From the NCBI GenBank assembly GCA_002269645.1, contig NIVC01003418.1:9758-73757 (forward strand): 64,000 nt of DNA, read 5' to 3'. The position numbers and the translations under genes are program-made. The stretch comes from Macrostomum lignano. Taxonomy: Eukaryota. The notes beneath the pieces are model-generated. The model was not told the DNA's origin and ran no database searches. It worked only from the letters and a program-made list of their open reading frames with translations. Positions 25,500 to 36,829 of this stretch are shown one piece after another; within the stretch, counting starts at the first letter, position 1; the number at the start of each line of letters is the position of its first letter.

Positions 25500-27220
25500 G
25501 GTCAAATCACCAGTCTTAGCGGTCAAAACACCAGTAGAGGTCACATCACCAGTCACCAAGGTCACATCACCAGTAGAGGTCACATCACCAGTCACTAAGG
25601 TCACATCACCAGTCAACGGGGTCACTTCACCAGTCAACAATGTCACATCAACAGTCAACAGGGTCACATCACCAGTCACCACGGTCACATCACCAGTCAC
25701 AACAGTCACATCACCAGTCAACGCGGTCACATCACCAGTCACTAAGGTCACATCACCAGTCAACGGGGTCACATCACCAGTCACCACGGTCACATCACCA
25801 GTCACCACAGTCACATCACCAGTCAACGCGGTCACATCACCAGTCACCAAGGTCACATCACCAGTCCCCAAGGTCACATCACCAGTCACCAAGGTCACAT
25901 CACCAGTCACCAAGGTCACATCACCAGTCACCAAGGTCACATCACCAGTCACCAAGGTCACATCACCAGTCACCAAGGTCACATCACCAGTCACCAAGGT
26001 CACATCACCAGTAGATGTCACATCACCAGTCACTAAGGTCACATCACCAGTCAACGGGGTCACTTCACCAGTCAACAGGGTCACATCACCAGTCAACGCG
26101 GTCACATCACCAGTCACCAAGGTCACATCACCAGTCCCCAAGGTCACATCACCAGTCACCAAGGTCACATCACCAGTCCCCAAGGTCACATCACCAGTCA
26201 CCAAGGTCACATCACCAGTCACCAAGGTCACATCACCAGTCACCAAGGTCACATCACCAGTAGATGTCACATCACCAGTCCCCAAGGTCACATCACCAGT
26301 CCCCAAGGTCACATCACCAGTCACCAAGGTCACATCACCAGTCACCAAGGTCACATCACCAGTCACCAAGGTCACATCACCAGTAGAGGTCACATCACCA
26401 GTCACTAAGGTCACATCACCAGTCAACGGGGTCACTTCACCAGTCAGCAGGGTCACATCACCAGTCAACGCGGTCACATCACCAGTCACCAAGGTCACAT
26501 CACCAGTCCCCAAGGTCACATCACCAGTCACCAAGGTCACATCACCAGTCCCCTAGGTCACATCACCAGTCACCAAGGTCACATCACCAGTCACCAAGGT
26601 CACATCACCAGTCACTAAGGTCACATCACCAGTAGATGTCACATCACCAGTCACTAAGGTCACATCACCAGTCAACGGGGTCACTTCACCAGTCAACAGG
26701 GTCACATCACCAGTCAGTCGGGTCACATCACCAGTCAGTCGGGTCACATCACCAGTCAACACGGTCACATCACCAGTCAGTCGGGTCACATCACCAATCA
26801 ACACGGTCACATCACCAGTCAGTCGGGTCACATCACCAATCAACGTGGTCACATCACCAGTCACCACGGTCACATCACCAGTCAGTCGGGTCACATCACC
26901 AGTCACCAAGGTCACATCACCAGTCACCAAGGTCACATCACCAGTCCCCTAGGTCACATCACCAGTCACCAAGGTCACATCACCAGTCACCAAGGTCACA
27001 TCACCAGTCACCAAGGTCACATCACCAGTCACCAAGGTCACATCACCAGTCAACGCGGTCACATCACCAGTCAACGTGGTCACATCACCAGTCAGTCGGG
27101 TCACATCACCAGTCCCCAAGGTCACATCACCAGTCCCCAAGGTCACATCACCAGTTCCTAAGGTCAAAACACCAGTAGAGGTCATAACACCAGTAGAGGT
27201 CACATCACCAGTCACTAAGG
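25500..27220. repeat. 21-bp (with 18-bp variants) minisatellite with higher-order structure
   Basis: Unit GTCACATCACCAGTCACCAAG. Translates as VTSPVTK on + or TGDVTLV on -. TAG interrupts both frames near 26554 and 26950. Confidence 0.95.
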
Positions 27221-28092
27221 TGATGTGACCATCCAATCCAATTAAACGTAGAAACAATCAAACCAAGCAGAGAGACTGGGTGAAATGCGTGAAATGATCA
27301 AAACTCGCAAGCAAGAGAATAGCTAACTTTACTAACCATAGATTGAAGAATTGGCTGGCTGGCTGGCTGACTGACTTGCATTCTGCCTTCAATTGATGAT
27401 CGCGCGCGCGCGTTTTAATCAGTTAGCGGGCTATCCCCCATGCTTTCTATTTCGATACCAACGAGCTAAATATAAACGGGGGATGACCCTAGACTGTATA
27501 CAAGTGACCTTGTCATCGGCCAATACAGAGCATCGAAAACCAACCCCCATAATAGAAGCCAATAGAGGCGTAAAATTGATGCTAAAATTGGCGAGCATGG
27601 TATATCCTAAGGTCTCGGCTTTTTAACAAAAACAACCCGTCCCTAACTTAGCAGCACTTTTCCTGAATACGAGTATATAACGCCTCCAGTATGCAGCACT
27701 TATCCAAGAAGAAGCGGAAGCGCAACCGCTGCTGATGTCGCTGACGAGGTCACCGGCGTTTTTGAAGATTTGAGCCTGCATGATGCTACGGCGCCGTCGA
27801 CGCTCCCCAAGAGGCGCAGCGCTGAGTCGTCATTGTTCCATTCACCATCAACCGCCGCCGCCGCTGACGCCGACGATGAGGATGTCAGCGCCAGCATCGC
27901 CAGCTCATGGGCATCCGCTGCTGAAGCGCGTAGCATCGTCAGCCTCAACAGCTGCCACAGGTGTCCACACGAGCAGCTAGAGTGTCATTGAGAGGACTTT
28001 TTTTTAAATGTCACCACAGTGTAGTTAATACCTTTTCACGAAGAATAGTTTAGCACCAATATTTTATTCCAAAATATTGATATAAGAGCACA

Positions 28093-29153
28093 ATGTCCGA
28101 CTCACGTGTGCTCAGGCATCCCTGCGACGGTCAGACCCAAACCCCGAATAAGCAAAAACAACAGCAGTCTGGAAAGCTCCAGCTCCAGGTGCTCCAGTGC
28201 AGCGCGACACTCAGAGAAAGAATCCTGCGCCTCCTGCAGGATACACCTGCACTCCAGGTCGCCATCAAGGACACCCGGCCGCGACTAAAAAACCGAGCCT
28301 TTGAAAGCCACCAGAGACTACCGAGAGATCCAAAGGACACCGTCACCGTCCTCCTTGACTACCAGCGAGAGCACCGTGGCTGCTGGCGCCGCGTTAGCCA
28401 AGAGCTCGACCGGCATGGACTACTTAACGGCTCTACTAGGGAGCCCGCACCGCAGTCACAGCCACCATGGCTGACCCATGAAGCCTTCAACTTCGACCTC
28501 AATCTGGCAACGCAGTGCAGCCGCAGCCAGCCCCGGAGCCTCCGCAGTGCGACAGCACTGAGGTACCTCGAGGAGCGCGACTCCCACCCGGCTAGCGCCT
28601 GGACCAACGGCTCGGCCGCCGGCGGCACCTCGGACGGCACCAGTGCAGCGGTGATCATCACCCCATCCTGGGGCCGGGTCGTCACCAGCGCAGCAGGGAA
28701 CATCTGCAGCAGCACCCAGGCAGAACTACAAGCCATCCTGCTGGCCATTCAGAACACCAGACAACACCAAAGTATCGACATCTTTACTGACTCCCAGGCA
28801 GCCTTACACAGTATCTTGGCGGGCCAGCGCAGCAACAGCGCCAAGACTACCAGGCCTCCCGAGGAGACTGGAGGTCCTGGTTAACCAGCTCCGTGCCGGC
28901 TGCAGCAACCTGGCCGCCGCCACCAGATTCCGGCTCGGCCTGTCCGACTCCGACATGTGCCCGGACTGCGGAGCACGTGACACCGAGCAACACATCCTGT
29001 ATGACTGTCCAAGAGGTTTCGCGGCCCGCCCCGGCGAGCAAGATGCCCTTCTGGCGGACGCGAGAGCGATTACCGACCTTCTTTCGCAGGTTGGGGCGCA
29101 TCTAGCGCTCCCGTCCCTCGCAGCATAGCTGACCTCGGGACGCGCGGTGCAGA

Positions 29154-29209
<56 letters not shown>

Positions 29210-29232
29210 GAGAGAGTGAGAGAGAGAGAGAA
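28093..29232 (+). mobile_element. 5'-truncated, internally deleted non-LTR retrotransposon (ORF2 with RNase H and CCHC knuckle)
   Basis: RNase H motifs WTNGS, SSTQAELQAI and IFTDSQAAL. After a frame change, EVLVNQLRAGC...CPDCGARDTEQHILYDCP. Ends in an (AG)n tract at 29150-29232. Confidence 0.85.
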
Positions 29233-29677
29233 TCTGGAGAGAGAATACGCTAAAGCAGCAACTGCTGCCGAGGTACAGGAGCTTGTCCGAGAAGACATTC
29301 TCCGCAAGACAGCGTAAACATCACGGCAACTTCAGGTACTGCCTGACACAGCTGTCTGCCGATTGCACAAGCATTGGCAAAGTGCGGAATCATGCCGAAG
29401 CGATGATCAAATGCATCCGCTACATTGAACAGTATGTCGAGTATGACCCCAATCTGCATTGCCCTTACATTGGTATCTAGATGCGACTGTCAAAAGACCT
29501 GTCGAATGTAATTGTTGAACATTGCATTCACATCAATTCCGCTCGTAGATGCACGACTTCCACTACAAGCTTGATGCCCCGGAGCACCGCGCTAAAAAGC
29601 GAGAAAAATTGTTGACTGACAGCGAATGGCGGCTAATTTTGAACGACTCTGTTGAACTGCTGGCACAATACAGACAT

Positions 29678-29679
<2 letters not shown>

Positions 29680-29720
<41 letters not shown>

Positions 29721-29802
29721 GAACTTCTTCGTCAGCTGGGAGTCACGGTTAAGAGCAATTATCCAGCAGTAGAATGCGACGACAAAGCCGAAGCTTACTA
29801 TG

Positions 29803-29834
<32 letters not shown>

Positions 29835-29959
29835 GGTGATGATGATGATGGTGATGATGGTGATGATGATGATGATGATGATGGTGATGATGGTGGTGAT
29901 GATGATGGTGATGATGATGTTGATGATGATGATGGTGATGATGATGATGGTGATGATGG

Positions 29960-29994
<35 letters not shown>

Positions 29995-30087
29995 GTGATG
30001 ATGGTGGTGATGATGATGGTGATGATGATGTTGATGATGATGATGATGATTGTGATGATGGTGATAATGATGGTGATGATGATGATA

Positions 30088-30137
<50 letters not shown>

Positions 30138-30159
30138 GATGATTGTGATGATGGTGATA

Positions 30160-30243
<84 letters not shown>

Positions 30244-30260
30244 TTGATGATAATAATGGT
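29680..30260. repeat. (CAG)n and imperfect (GAT)n trinucleotide tracts
   Basis: (CAG)n at 29680-29719; (GAT/GGT)n at 29801-30260. Confidence 0.95.
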
Positions 30261-31222
30261 GATCATCACGTCATCACAGCAATGAAGGAGAAGACGAGGA
30301 AGCTACTGCGGGATGTTCAGCTTCAACCGGCGGTGCGAGAACGCAACAGGCTGGCGATTCACGCCAATACACAGCATCCCCAGCGCATTCGGCCATGGAT
30401 TGGTCTGTGTTGGAGCTACCTGGCAAGTAAACCAGTGAACCACAGGTGAACCAGCGAGAACGCCAGACAATCGGCTGCAGCGTTTTATGCCTATCCACAC
30501 AGTCTGTTCAACCCACCACCCCAATTCATCATGTGGTTGGGGTGGTGGGTTGCAGGGCTTTTTGGCCTCCCTAGCCCCCCAGTGCTGAGTTGCCAGCTCC
30601 AGGTCTAAGTAAGTGCGTTCTTCTGGCTTAATTTTTTTCTGTTATCAAAGCCTGAGGGGCAGCGAAAGGTCCGTAGGCGAAAATTTAAGCTGTCAGGCTT
30701 CTTACCTGTTTTGTTTGACCAAACCGCTAGCACTGCTATTGATAGGTCCATTGAACGGATAAATCCTATTGCACCACTGTTGATTTACAGGTGTCTTTTG
30801 GATATCCAAAAAACGAATAGAAAGCAAAAACCACAGAGAGTGGCATGATGGAGGATAGAAAATGGACTGTTGACAGCGTTATAAAGCTTTCAGCTTGCTC
30901 TCACGCCCCGCTCTGCAAAAGTAGAGGAAAGCAAACTGTGCTGAAACAGAAAAGCAGGTAAAACTTGAGAGTAGCCAAATATCTAGCGAGAAAGCTGGCA
31001 GTCACCTATTTTTTAAGATAAAGCAGTGTGATACTGAGGGTAACAGCTATAAAAACAAAGAGATCCAGAGCTGTGCTCACAAAGAGGTTGCTTACAGGAT
31101 GGCTCTGAAGGCTATTTAACGCGAGTCAACTACTACATGTAGAGCATGCATATAGAGAAGCCTCACTCTACGAGCAAACCACATATTTTAACAAAAACAT
31201 TTAGATTCATTCTTGACGATCA

Positions 31223-31939
31223 ATGCTGCTGCTGCTGCTGCTGAGCTGCCAGCTGCTGCAGTCGCAGGCCCTGCTGTGTCCCGCACCGTTCACCATGCAG
31301 GCCGGTCTGTGCCTGTTCGTGAGCACAGCTCACAGCTACAGCTGGTGCTCAGCCAATCGGCAGTGCGCATCGATCGGAGGCGAGCTCGTCAACTCGCACA
31401 GCTCCATCCAGCTGTTTCGGAGTGCCAGCATCCCCGGCGCCAGCTGCAGCTGCAATCTGTGGGTCGGGCTGAGCGACTTTGCAAACGAGAGAAACCGGAG
31501 CAGAGACGGCTGGCAGAGGGTCAACGGAAACGGCATCTTCCCGGAGGACGGCAGCCTGTTTAGTGGCGCTCAACCAACCGGCGGACTCAACTCCGACTGC
31601 CTCCGACTGCACAACGGCAGGTACTTGGCTGACTTTCCCTGCACGGTGAACTTCGGGTTCGCCTGCGAGTTCGTGGGAGACTCCCGACCGCCGACTGACG
31701 GCGTCTGGAGATCCACTGCCTTCAGGCGAGAGAGCTTCAACTCCGAGTACTGCTTCACCGATGTGCCGAATGTGAGCAGCGATTTTGAGTGCGTTGCAGC
31801 CGCTGTGAGTGACGCCATCTGCAGACACGTGCTGTACAACAGCAAGCTGAGAGCCTGCCGCCTGCTGCTGTTCACCGACGCTCAGGTGGAGGCGGAGATC
31901 GAGACGAGCGCCGACTGGGTCAAGTTCCGGCTTGAGTGA
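31223..31939 (+). CDS. Secreted C-type lectin + PAN protein (copy E), 238 aa
   Basis: Intact ORF; CTL loop QPTGGLNSDC; PAN-like C-terminus. Confidence 0.87.
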   Translation: MLLLLLLSCQLLQSQALLCPAPFTMQAGLCLFVSTAHSYSWCSANRQCASIGGELVNSHSSIQLFRSASIPGASCSCNLWVGLSDFANERNRSRDGWQRVNGNGIFPEDGSLFSGAQPTGGLNSDCLRLHNGRYLADFPCTVNFGFACEFVGDSRPPTDGVWRSTAFRRESFNSEYCFTDVPNVSSDFECVAAAVSDAICRHVLYNSKLRACRLLLFTDAQVEAEIETSADWVKFRLE

Positions 31940-32149
31940 AGACAGAAGCCCAGGACTTTATTGAATTACCGAACCGAAACTGCAGATACCAATTTATTAA
32001 TGAGTTTTTCTCGTTAAGTTAAAATCAATTTCTATTTCGAAATACAATCGGTTCAGTGCATCGCAAAAGAAATCCGAAGTCAACACGCTTTCTTTGATTT
32101 CCAAAACAGATTTTGAATTTGCAAAAACAATATTTAAATTACAGTCATA

Positions 32150-32425
32150 GGGCGGCCGTAGCCCAGTGGTCTAGCTGTGATGTGCCAGCGGCCCAGGCTC
32201 GATTCAAGTGCAATCACATTAACTATTGGCTAAGTTGGAATCTCGGTTTGGCTCTGTTCGTGCAATTACCGGCCTTTAGGCACAGTGAAGTGTACATGCC
32301 TAACGATAAAATAAAGTTAGGGCCGCTGTACACTCCTGTGTGAGTGTGTGCCTGTGCGTATGATTGCGTACGTATCAGCGCGCTTGTGTGCCTGCTGAGG
32401 TCGCAAGTGACCCCTTGCCTCTAGC
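32150..32425 (+). mobile_element. SINE family B
   Basis: Head GGGCGGCCGTAGCCCAGTGG...GGCTCGATTCAAG; body as in 17623-17988, with deletions. Confidence 0.82.
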
Positions 32426-32569
32426 CAATACTCTAGTCAATTGTCATTGTGGGTATAATATTGTTATTAGGAAGAACTGAAGTCATTTCCGAATTTATGC
32501 ACAGGCAGATCTGCAACATACCCGTAAAACTGTAACTGGCACATCAATGCTCTGCAAAGTCGAAAGCAA

Positions 32570-32971
32570 AATGGGGGAGGGATAAAGCCAAGAATTCATC
32601 ATGTACATGACTAAATTCCTAAATTTCCATTATTTGAGAATCGTGTTGTCAGCGCGCTCATTTTGGCGCGGCAGGCATTACTTTAGGCGCCGCAGGCACT
32701 CATTTTGGCGCCGCAGGCATTACTTTAGGCACCGCAGGCACTCATTTTAGCGCCGTAGGCACTCATTTTCGCACCGCAGGCACTCATTTTAGCGCCGTAG
32801 GCACCATTTGGCGCCTAAGGCGCTATATTTTGGTGCCCTGTAGAACAGTTTTTTATTACCACAACGAGTCACAAGGTGGGGTGGGGGGGGGACAAAGCAG
32901 TGGCATGTCCCCCCATAGCTTTTACTGGGGGGGGACATGTCCCGCCTGTCCCCCCGGTGGCTAGGCGCCTG
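32570..32971 (-). mobile_element. hAT-type MITE, shorter inverted copy of 40082-41126
   Basis: Reverse complement of the 21-bp GGCGCTAAAAGGAGTGCCTGC array (about 8 units) and of both flanks (CCCCCAGTAAAAGCTATGGGG; ACACGATTCT...GGAATTTAGTCATG). Confidence 0.78.
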
Positions 32972-33211
32972 GTTTAAATAAAGTATAAAAAATAAAAAGC
33001 AGCGAAATTAGCAGCTTGGCCCTCCAAGTAGGGCGAGAGCGCCTATATATATTTGGGCCTTCAGGCCTCAGCCAATCATGTGCGGCCACGTTGGCATAAA
33101 AGGCATAAAAGGAGGGGGGAGGTAAGCCGGGGGATGTAGAGTACAATAAGTGAGTACAGGGCTGGGGCATGACGCAATAAACTTAATAAGTTAAGTAAGC
33201 TTAATTAATAA

Positions 33212-33770
33212 ATATACTTTTTTGCGATCGAATTCGTCCAAACTGCAAAACCTTTCGTCCACAAATGCTTTCTTAATGGAGCTGAATTTAGATTCTACCA
33301 TAGACAACTGTGTTCACGCAAAACGGTTCATCCAGTTTGTAAAACATTTCGTCCCCTAGACTAGAGACCGAGTGTACTGTTCCTACCATAGTTAACACCC
33401 AATTGACAGTTCGCTTTTGCTACCACTACAGCTACAGCAACGCATATCTTCCATTCTGAACCCGGCAAAACAGTCGAAGATGAACCGAGGCCCCTACCAT
33501 CCAGTGTCAAACGAAGACCGCAGGCGATTAGCCTTGGCTTTAGACACTGTTTTTGCTTTGTTCAATATCTCGTGATATCAAATAAAGTCGCTCCGTTTAG
33601 CTGTTAGCTGTTTGGACGAAGGGTTTAGACGAAATGTTTTACAAACTGGATGAACCGTTTTGCGTGAACACAGTTGTCTATGGTATAATCTAAATTTAGC
33701 TCCCATTAAGAAAGCGTTAGTGGACGAAAGGTTTTGCAGTTTGGACGAATTCAATCGCAAAAAAGTATAT
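33212..33770. mobile_element. MITE with terminal inverted repeats of about 140 bp, TA-rich ends
   Basis: 33212-33352 is the reverse complement of 33628-33770, with few mismatches. Confidence 0.88.
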
Positions 33771-35001
33771 ATTAATATACCTTTTCAATTTCGAATTCAT
33801 CAAAAGTGAGTTCGAATTCGTCAGCCATAGCAAATTCAATGCAGTGGCTCAGCAGCCGCGGCCCAGTAGTCTATGGCCGGCTGGCTCAGAAAGTGAGTTC
33901 GAATTCGTCAGCCATAGCAAATTCAATGCAGTGGCTCAGCAGCCGCGGCCCAGTAGTCTATGGCCGGCTGGCTCAGAAAGTGAGTTCGAATTCGTCAGCC
34001 ATAGCAAATTCAATGCAGTGGCTCAGCAGCCGCGGCCCAGTAGTCTATGGCCGGCTGGCTCAGAAAGTGAGTTCGAATTCGTCAGCCATAGCAAATTCAA
34101 TGCAGTGGCTCAGCAGCTGCGGCCCAGTAGTCTATGGCCGGCTGGCTCAGAAAGTGAGTTCGAATTCGTCAGCCATAGCAAATTCAATGCAGTGGCTCAG
34201 CAGCTGCGGCCCAGTAGTCTATGGCCGGCTGGCTCAGAAAGTGAGTTCGAATTCGTCAGCCATAGCAAATTCAATGCAGTGGCTCAGCAGCCGCGGCCCA
34301 GTAGTCTATGGCCGGCTGGCTCAGAAAGTGAGTTCGAATTCGACAGAGTAAGTGAAATTCGTCAGTTCAACATGCGTACATTGATAACAGGCAAAGCACA
34401 ACAGTAACAGAACAAACAGAACAGGAAAACAGACGAGCGAAATCGCGACAAGAATTTAATAGGACCAAATTATCTGACAGTCAATCCAATCAATCAAAAA
34501 TGTCTGCGCGGGCTAGACATCGCGGTCCGTAACAAAGTGTGAATTCGTGTCATTGTCTGCATTTCTCCTCCGTGTTCGCAGCCATTGCAGCTTCCACTTC
34601 TCGGCCCAAAATGCGAAGACGCCGGTTCTGCAGGGTCTCACCTGCCGCTACTGCCGCCTGACGATCATTAACTTCAAAGACGACTTGAGGATCAGTCAAG
34701 CGCTGCTTCTGGGCCGCCTTCATGCAAGAAATCGCCATTTCAGTGGCCTTCAAGAAACATAATTAAGTAAGGTGGCAAGAACTGAAGCTTCTGGTCAAGT
34801 TGCCCGAAATTCACAACACCGTGCATGTAAATCTGGGCTAGTTTTCCACAGATGAAATTCACTCACTTTTACTTAAATTTTCCATAGCCACCATATTTTT
34901 GCCATAGACAAAGCAAAGATATTTTCTGATCAGGCTGTATTTGAACTGACGAATTTCACTTATTCTGTCGAATTCGAACTCATTTTCTGAGGTATATTAA
35001 T
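33771..35001. mobile_element. Second TIR element containing an 87-bp tandem array
   Basis: ATTAATATACCT...AAAGTGAGTTCGAATTCG at left and CGAATTCGAACTCATTTTCTGAGGTATATTAAT at right. 34320-34369 is the reverse complement of 34941-34990. Confidence 0.72.
33803..34345. repeat. 87-bp tandem repeat, 6 copies
   Basis: GTGAGTTCGAATTCG recurs every 87 bp from 33806 to 34328. Confidence 0.96.
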
Positions 35002-35027
35002 AAATTACATCTGCCACAATTGGGCGA

Positions 35028-35310
35028 GATGTGCAACCGACAGCTCAGCCGCAGCTATTGCGCGGCGCATCTGAAGGCTGCGTACGGCTGTTCCGTCCGT
35101 TGACTGGGGGGGGGGGGGGTCGCTACGCACACCCTCAGTTACCCCAGCTAATGCTGGCACCCATTTTACAGCTTTTCATTTTACTAGCTGAAGCACTGCA
35201 CAGAGTTGAGTGTCTTGCTCAAGGCCCCGAATTGTTTCAGTGCGATCGGGAATCGAACCCCCGATCTTTAAGTCGTGAGCCCGACGCTCTAACCACTAGG
35301 CTACAACCCC
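35028..35310 (-). mobile_element. SINE family A, most complete copy
   Basis: Minus strand reads GGGGTTGTAGCCTAGTGGTTAGAGCG...GGGGTTCGATTCCCGA (A and B boxes), then CCTTGAGCAAGACAC and AAATGGGTGCCAGC. Confidence 0.82.
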
Positions 35311-35639
35311 ACCAGCTCCGCCAGCTTGGTATCAAAGTAAGCTTAATAAAATCATTAAAGCGCTTAAACTAAAATCCTGCATCGAAACGAAATTGAGAAA
35401 TGCAAATAAAACAGTAGGCCTACTATTGCTGGATATCAGTAATAAATATAGAGTAACATTACATCTGATTAGAAAGTGCATGTAAAATGATACAAGAAGA
35501 AGTGTATGTTATGCTTGATAAGGAAAAAGGCTAACTCGGTATTCAGTGCTGTAGTAAAAACTGAAGCGAGCAAGGGTGTATTTTATTTCTTGCCCAGAGA
35601 GAGGAAGGGCCTCTCTCTTCTTTCGGGGAAACACACTGC

Positions 35640-36060
35640 AAGGAATCCAGGAAGTCCAAAAAAATTCGCTCACGAATTGGGGTCCGTTGTCGCTGATGAG
35701 CACCTTGGGAACCTCCCAGCGGTTGAACAGCTTCCTGAGCGCCCTGCAGATGCTTGACGATGTCACCATCTCGATAGCTGCGATCTCTTTGCCATTTTCT
35801 GTGCAGGTCATGCACAACCAGCAGGAATCGCTGATGTGCCACGGGGCTGCGACAATCTCACCAAAGTTGCCAACCCCAGTCCTTGCCTCAGTCTTGTTCC
35901 ACGGTTGCTTGGGCCGCTCGACGGGAGTCACATGATTGTCTGTTGCGTCTTGTCGGACTTTCCGCCAGTATGCAAGCTGGGCAGTTCTTGACATGGTTCT
36001 CAACCATAGGCTTCCAGATTCGCCATAGGCTTCCAGCCGTGTGTCCGATGGCAACAGTGG
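35640..36060 (-). mobile_element. Gypsy-type LTR retrotransposon integrase remnant (frameshifted)
   Basis: Pieces across frames: MVENHVKNCPAC (zinc finger), PKQPW, RFLLVVHDLHRKW, TSSSICRALRKLFNRWEVPKVLISDNGPQFVSEFF (rve core). Confidence 0.85.
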
Positions 36061-36178
36061 TTTGTGCCCAAAGTGCTTCTTATGAGTTCAGATTCAAGGG
36101 GGGACACCGCAGCTCCGCAATCGATCTGCACTCGGATCGTTGGATCGAATGAAGCATTTAGTTCATTCTTGGAAATCA

Positions 36179-36829
36179 ATGCTGCAGTCGCAGACCCTGC
36201 CGTGTTCGGTACCGTTCACCGTGCAGGCCGGTCTGTGCCTGTTCGTGAGCACAGCTCACAGCTACAGCTGGTGCTCAGCCAATCGGCAGTGCGCATCGAT
36301 CGGAGGCGAGCTCGTCAACTCGCACAGCTCCATCAAGAAGTTTCGAATGGGAGAAATCCCCAGTGTCACCTGCAGCTGCGGCCTGTGGCTCGGACTGAGC
36401 GACCTGGCCGATGAGAGAAACCGGAGCAGAGCCGGCTGGCGAAGGGTCAACGGAAACGGCATCTTCCCGGAGAACAGCATGCCGTCTAGGCAGCCGTCTG
36501 GAAGAGACAAATTTCACTGCATGCGATTCACTACTTGCCGTTTTCTTGCCGATTCGAATTGCAGAAAGAATTTTAGATTCGCCTGCGAGTTCGCGGGCGA
36601 TGCCCGACCGTCAACTGCCGCCGCCTTCAAGCGAGAGAGTTTCAACTCCGAGTACTGCTTCGCCGATGTGCCGCATGGGAGCAGCGCTGTTGAGTGCGTT
36701 GCAGCCGCTATGATTGACGCCAGCTGCAGACACGTGCTGTACAACAGCAAGCTGAGAGCCTGCCGCCTGCTGCTGTTCACCGACGCTCAGGTGGAGGCGG
36801 AGATCGAGACGAGGAAAGGTCAAACTTAA
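36179..36829 (+). pseudogene. C-type lectin-PAN copy F, lacking the signal peptide and with an altered C-terminus
   Basis: ATG is followed directly by LQSQ (Leu run lost). Short internal deletions. A 3' deletion gives ...ETRKGQT* instead of ...ETSADWVKLKML*. Confidence 0.7.

Noticed and set aside
29592-30449. Poly-Asp, poly-Met and poly-Ile ORFs
   Set aside because: All frames of an imperfect (GAT)n tract; no domain context.
33803-34345. CRISPR-like regular repeats (also 3672-3906 and 49188-49452)
   Set aside because: Units are head-to-tail with no unique spacers, there are no cas genes, and the context is eukaryotic.
34550-34753. Short helical-looking ORF inside the TIR element
   Set aside because: Too short and without a motif; could be a transposase relic but unsupported.
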